From contig OZ004611.1 of assembly GCA_963924565.1 (NCBI GenBank), forward strand, positions 20,088,001 through 20,152,000: 64,000 nt of DNA, written 5' to 3'. How positions within the stretch are numbered: position 1 is the stretch's first letter; each line of letters begins with the position of its first letter. Position numbers and translations under genes: made by a program. The stretch is from Ascidiella aspersa. Lineage: Eukaryota. Below the pieces are notes generated by a model that was not told the DNA's origin, did no database searches, and saw only the letters and a list, made by a program, of their open reading frames with translations. Below, one piece after another: positions 63,885 to 64,000 of the stretch.

Positions 63885-64000
63885 ATGGCAGACCACAGAA
63901 AGAGCCAGGCCGCATTTGCTCATGGAAGACCTAAAACGTCCAATGTTCTCAGCCTGTTAGACGAGCCCAGGCACGCCGATGCAAGCCAAACCCCGAAGGT
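63885..64000 (+). CDS. Possible start of a coding exon running off the window
   Basis: ACAATGG context. Open frame MADHRKSQAAFAHGRPKTSNVLSLLDEPRHADASQTPK to the edge, with raised GC. Confidence 0.3.
   Translation, partial: MADHRKSQAAFAHGRPKTSNVLSLLDEPRHADASQTPK

Overview
AT-rich, intron-containing animal DNA, probably from an ascidian. The evidence is a 15/16 match to the Ciona-type spliced leader placed exactly at a fold-back junction. Host genes, all on the minus strand: a GT31 beta-1,3-glycosyltransferase (3' exons run off the left edge), a complete 8-exon SLC35B1, and a calmodulin-like protein with a degenerate N-lobe and a long basic/Cys/Ser-rich tail. Bases ~3.5-27 kb are repeat-dominated. 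They hold a 204-bp satellite, a deleted Buster/SPIN-type hAT element, many hAT MITEs with nnnTAnnn TSDs, and a ~5-kb composite unit present three times (+/-/+). The most unusual signal is a cluster of apparent reverse-transcription products: (1) a zinc-knuckle ORF1 followed directly by a 3'UTR and poly(A) with no ORF2; (2) a chimera of LINE-like 3' end, U4 5' part, oligo(A), U1 3' half and poly(A); (3) a second U4 fragment at the palindrome centre; (4) a spliced-leader-capped cDNA folded back on itself inside an SLC35B1 intron; (5) a decayed 18S fragment. All alignments were done by eye and reference RNA sequences were recalled from memory.
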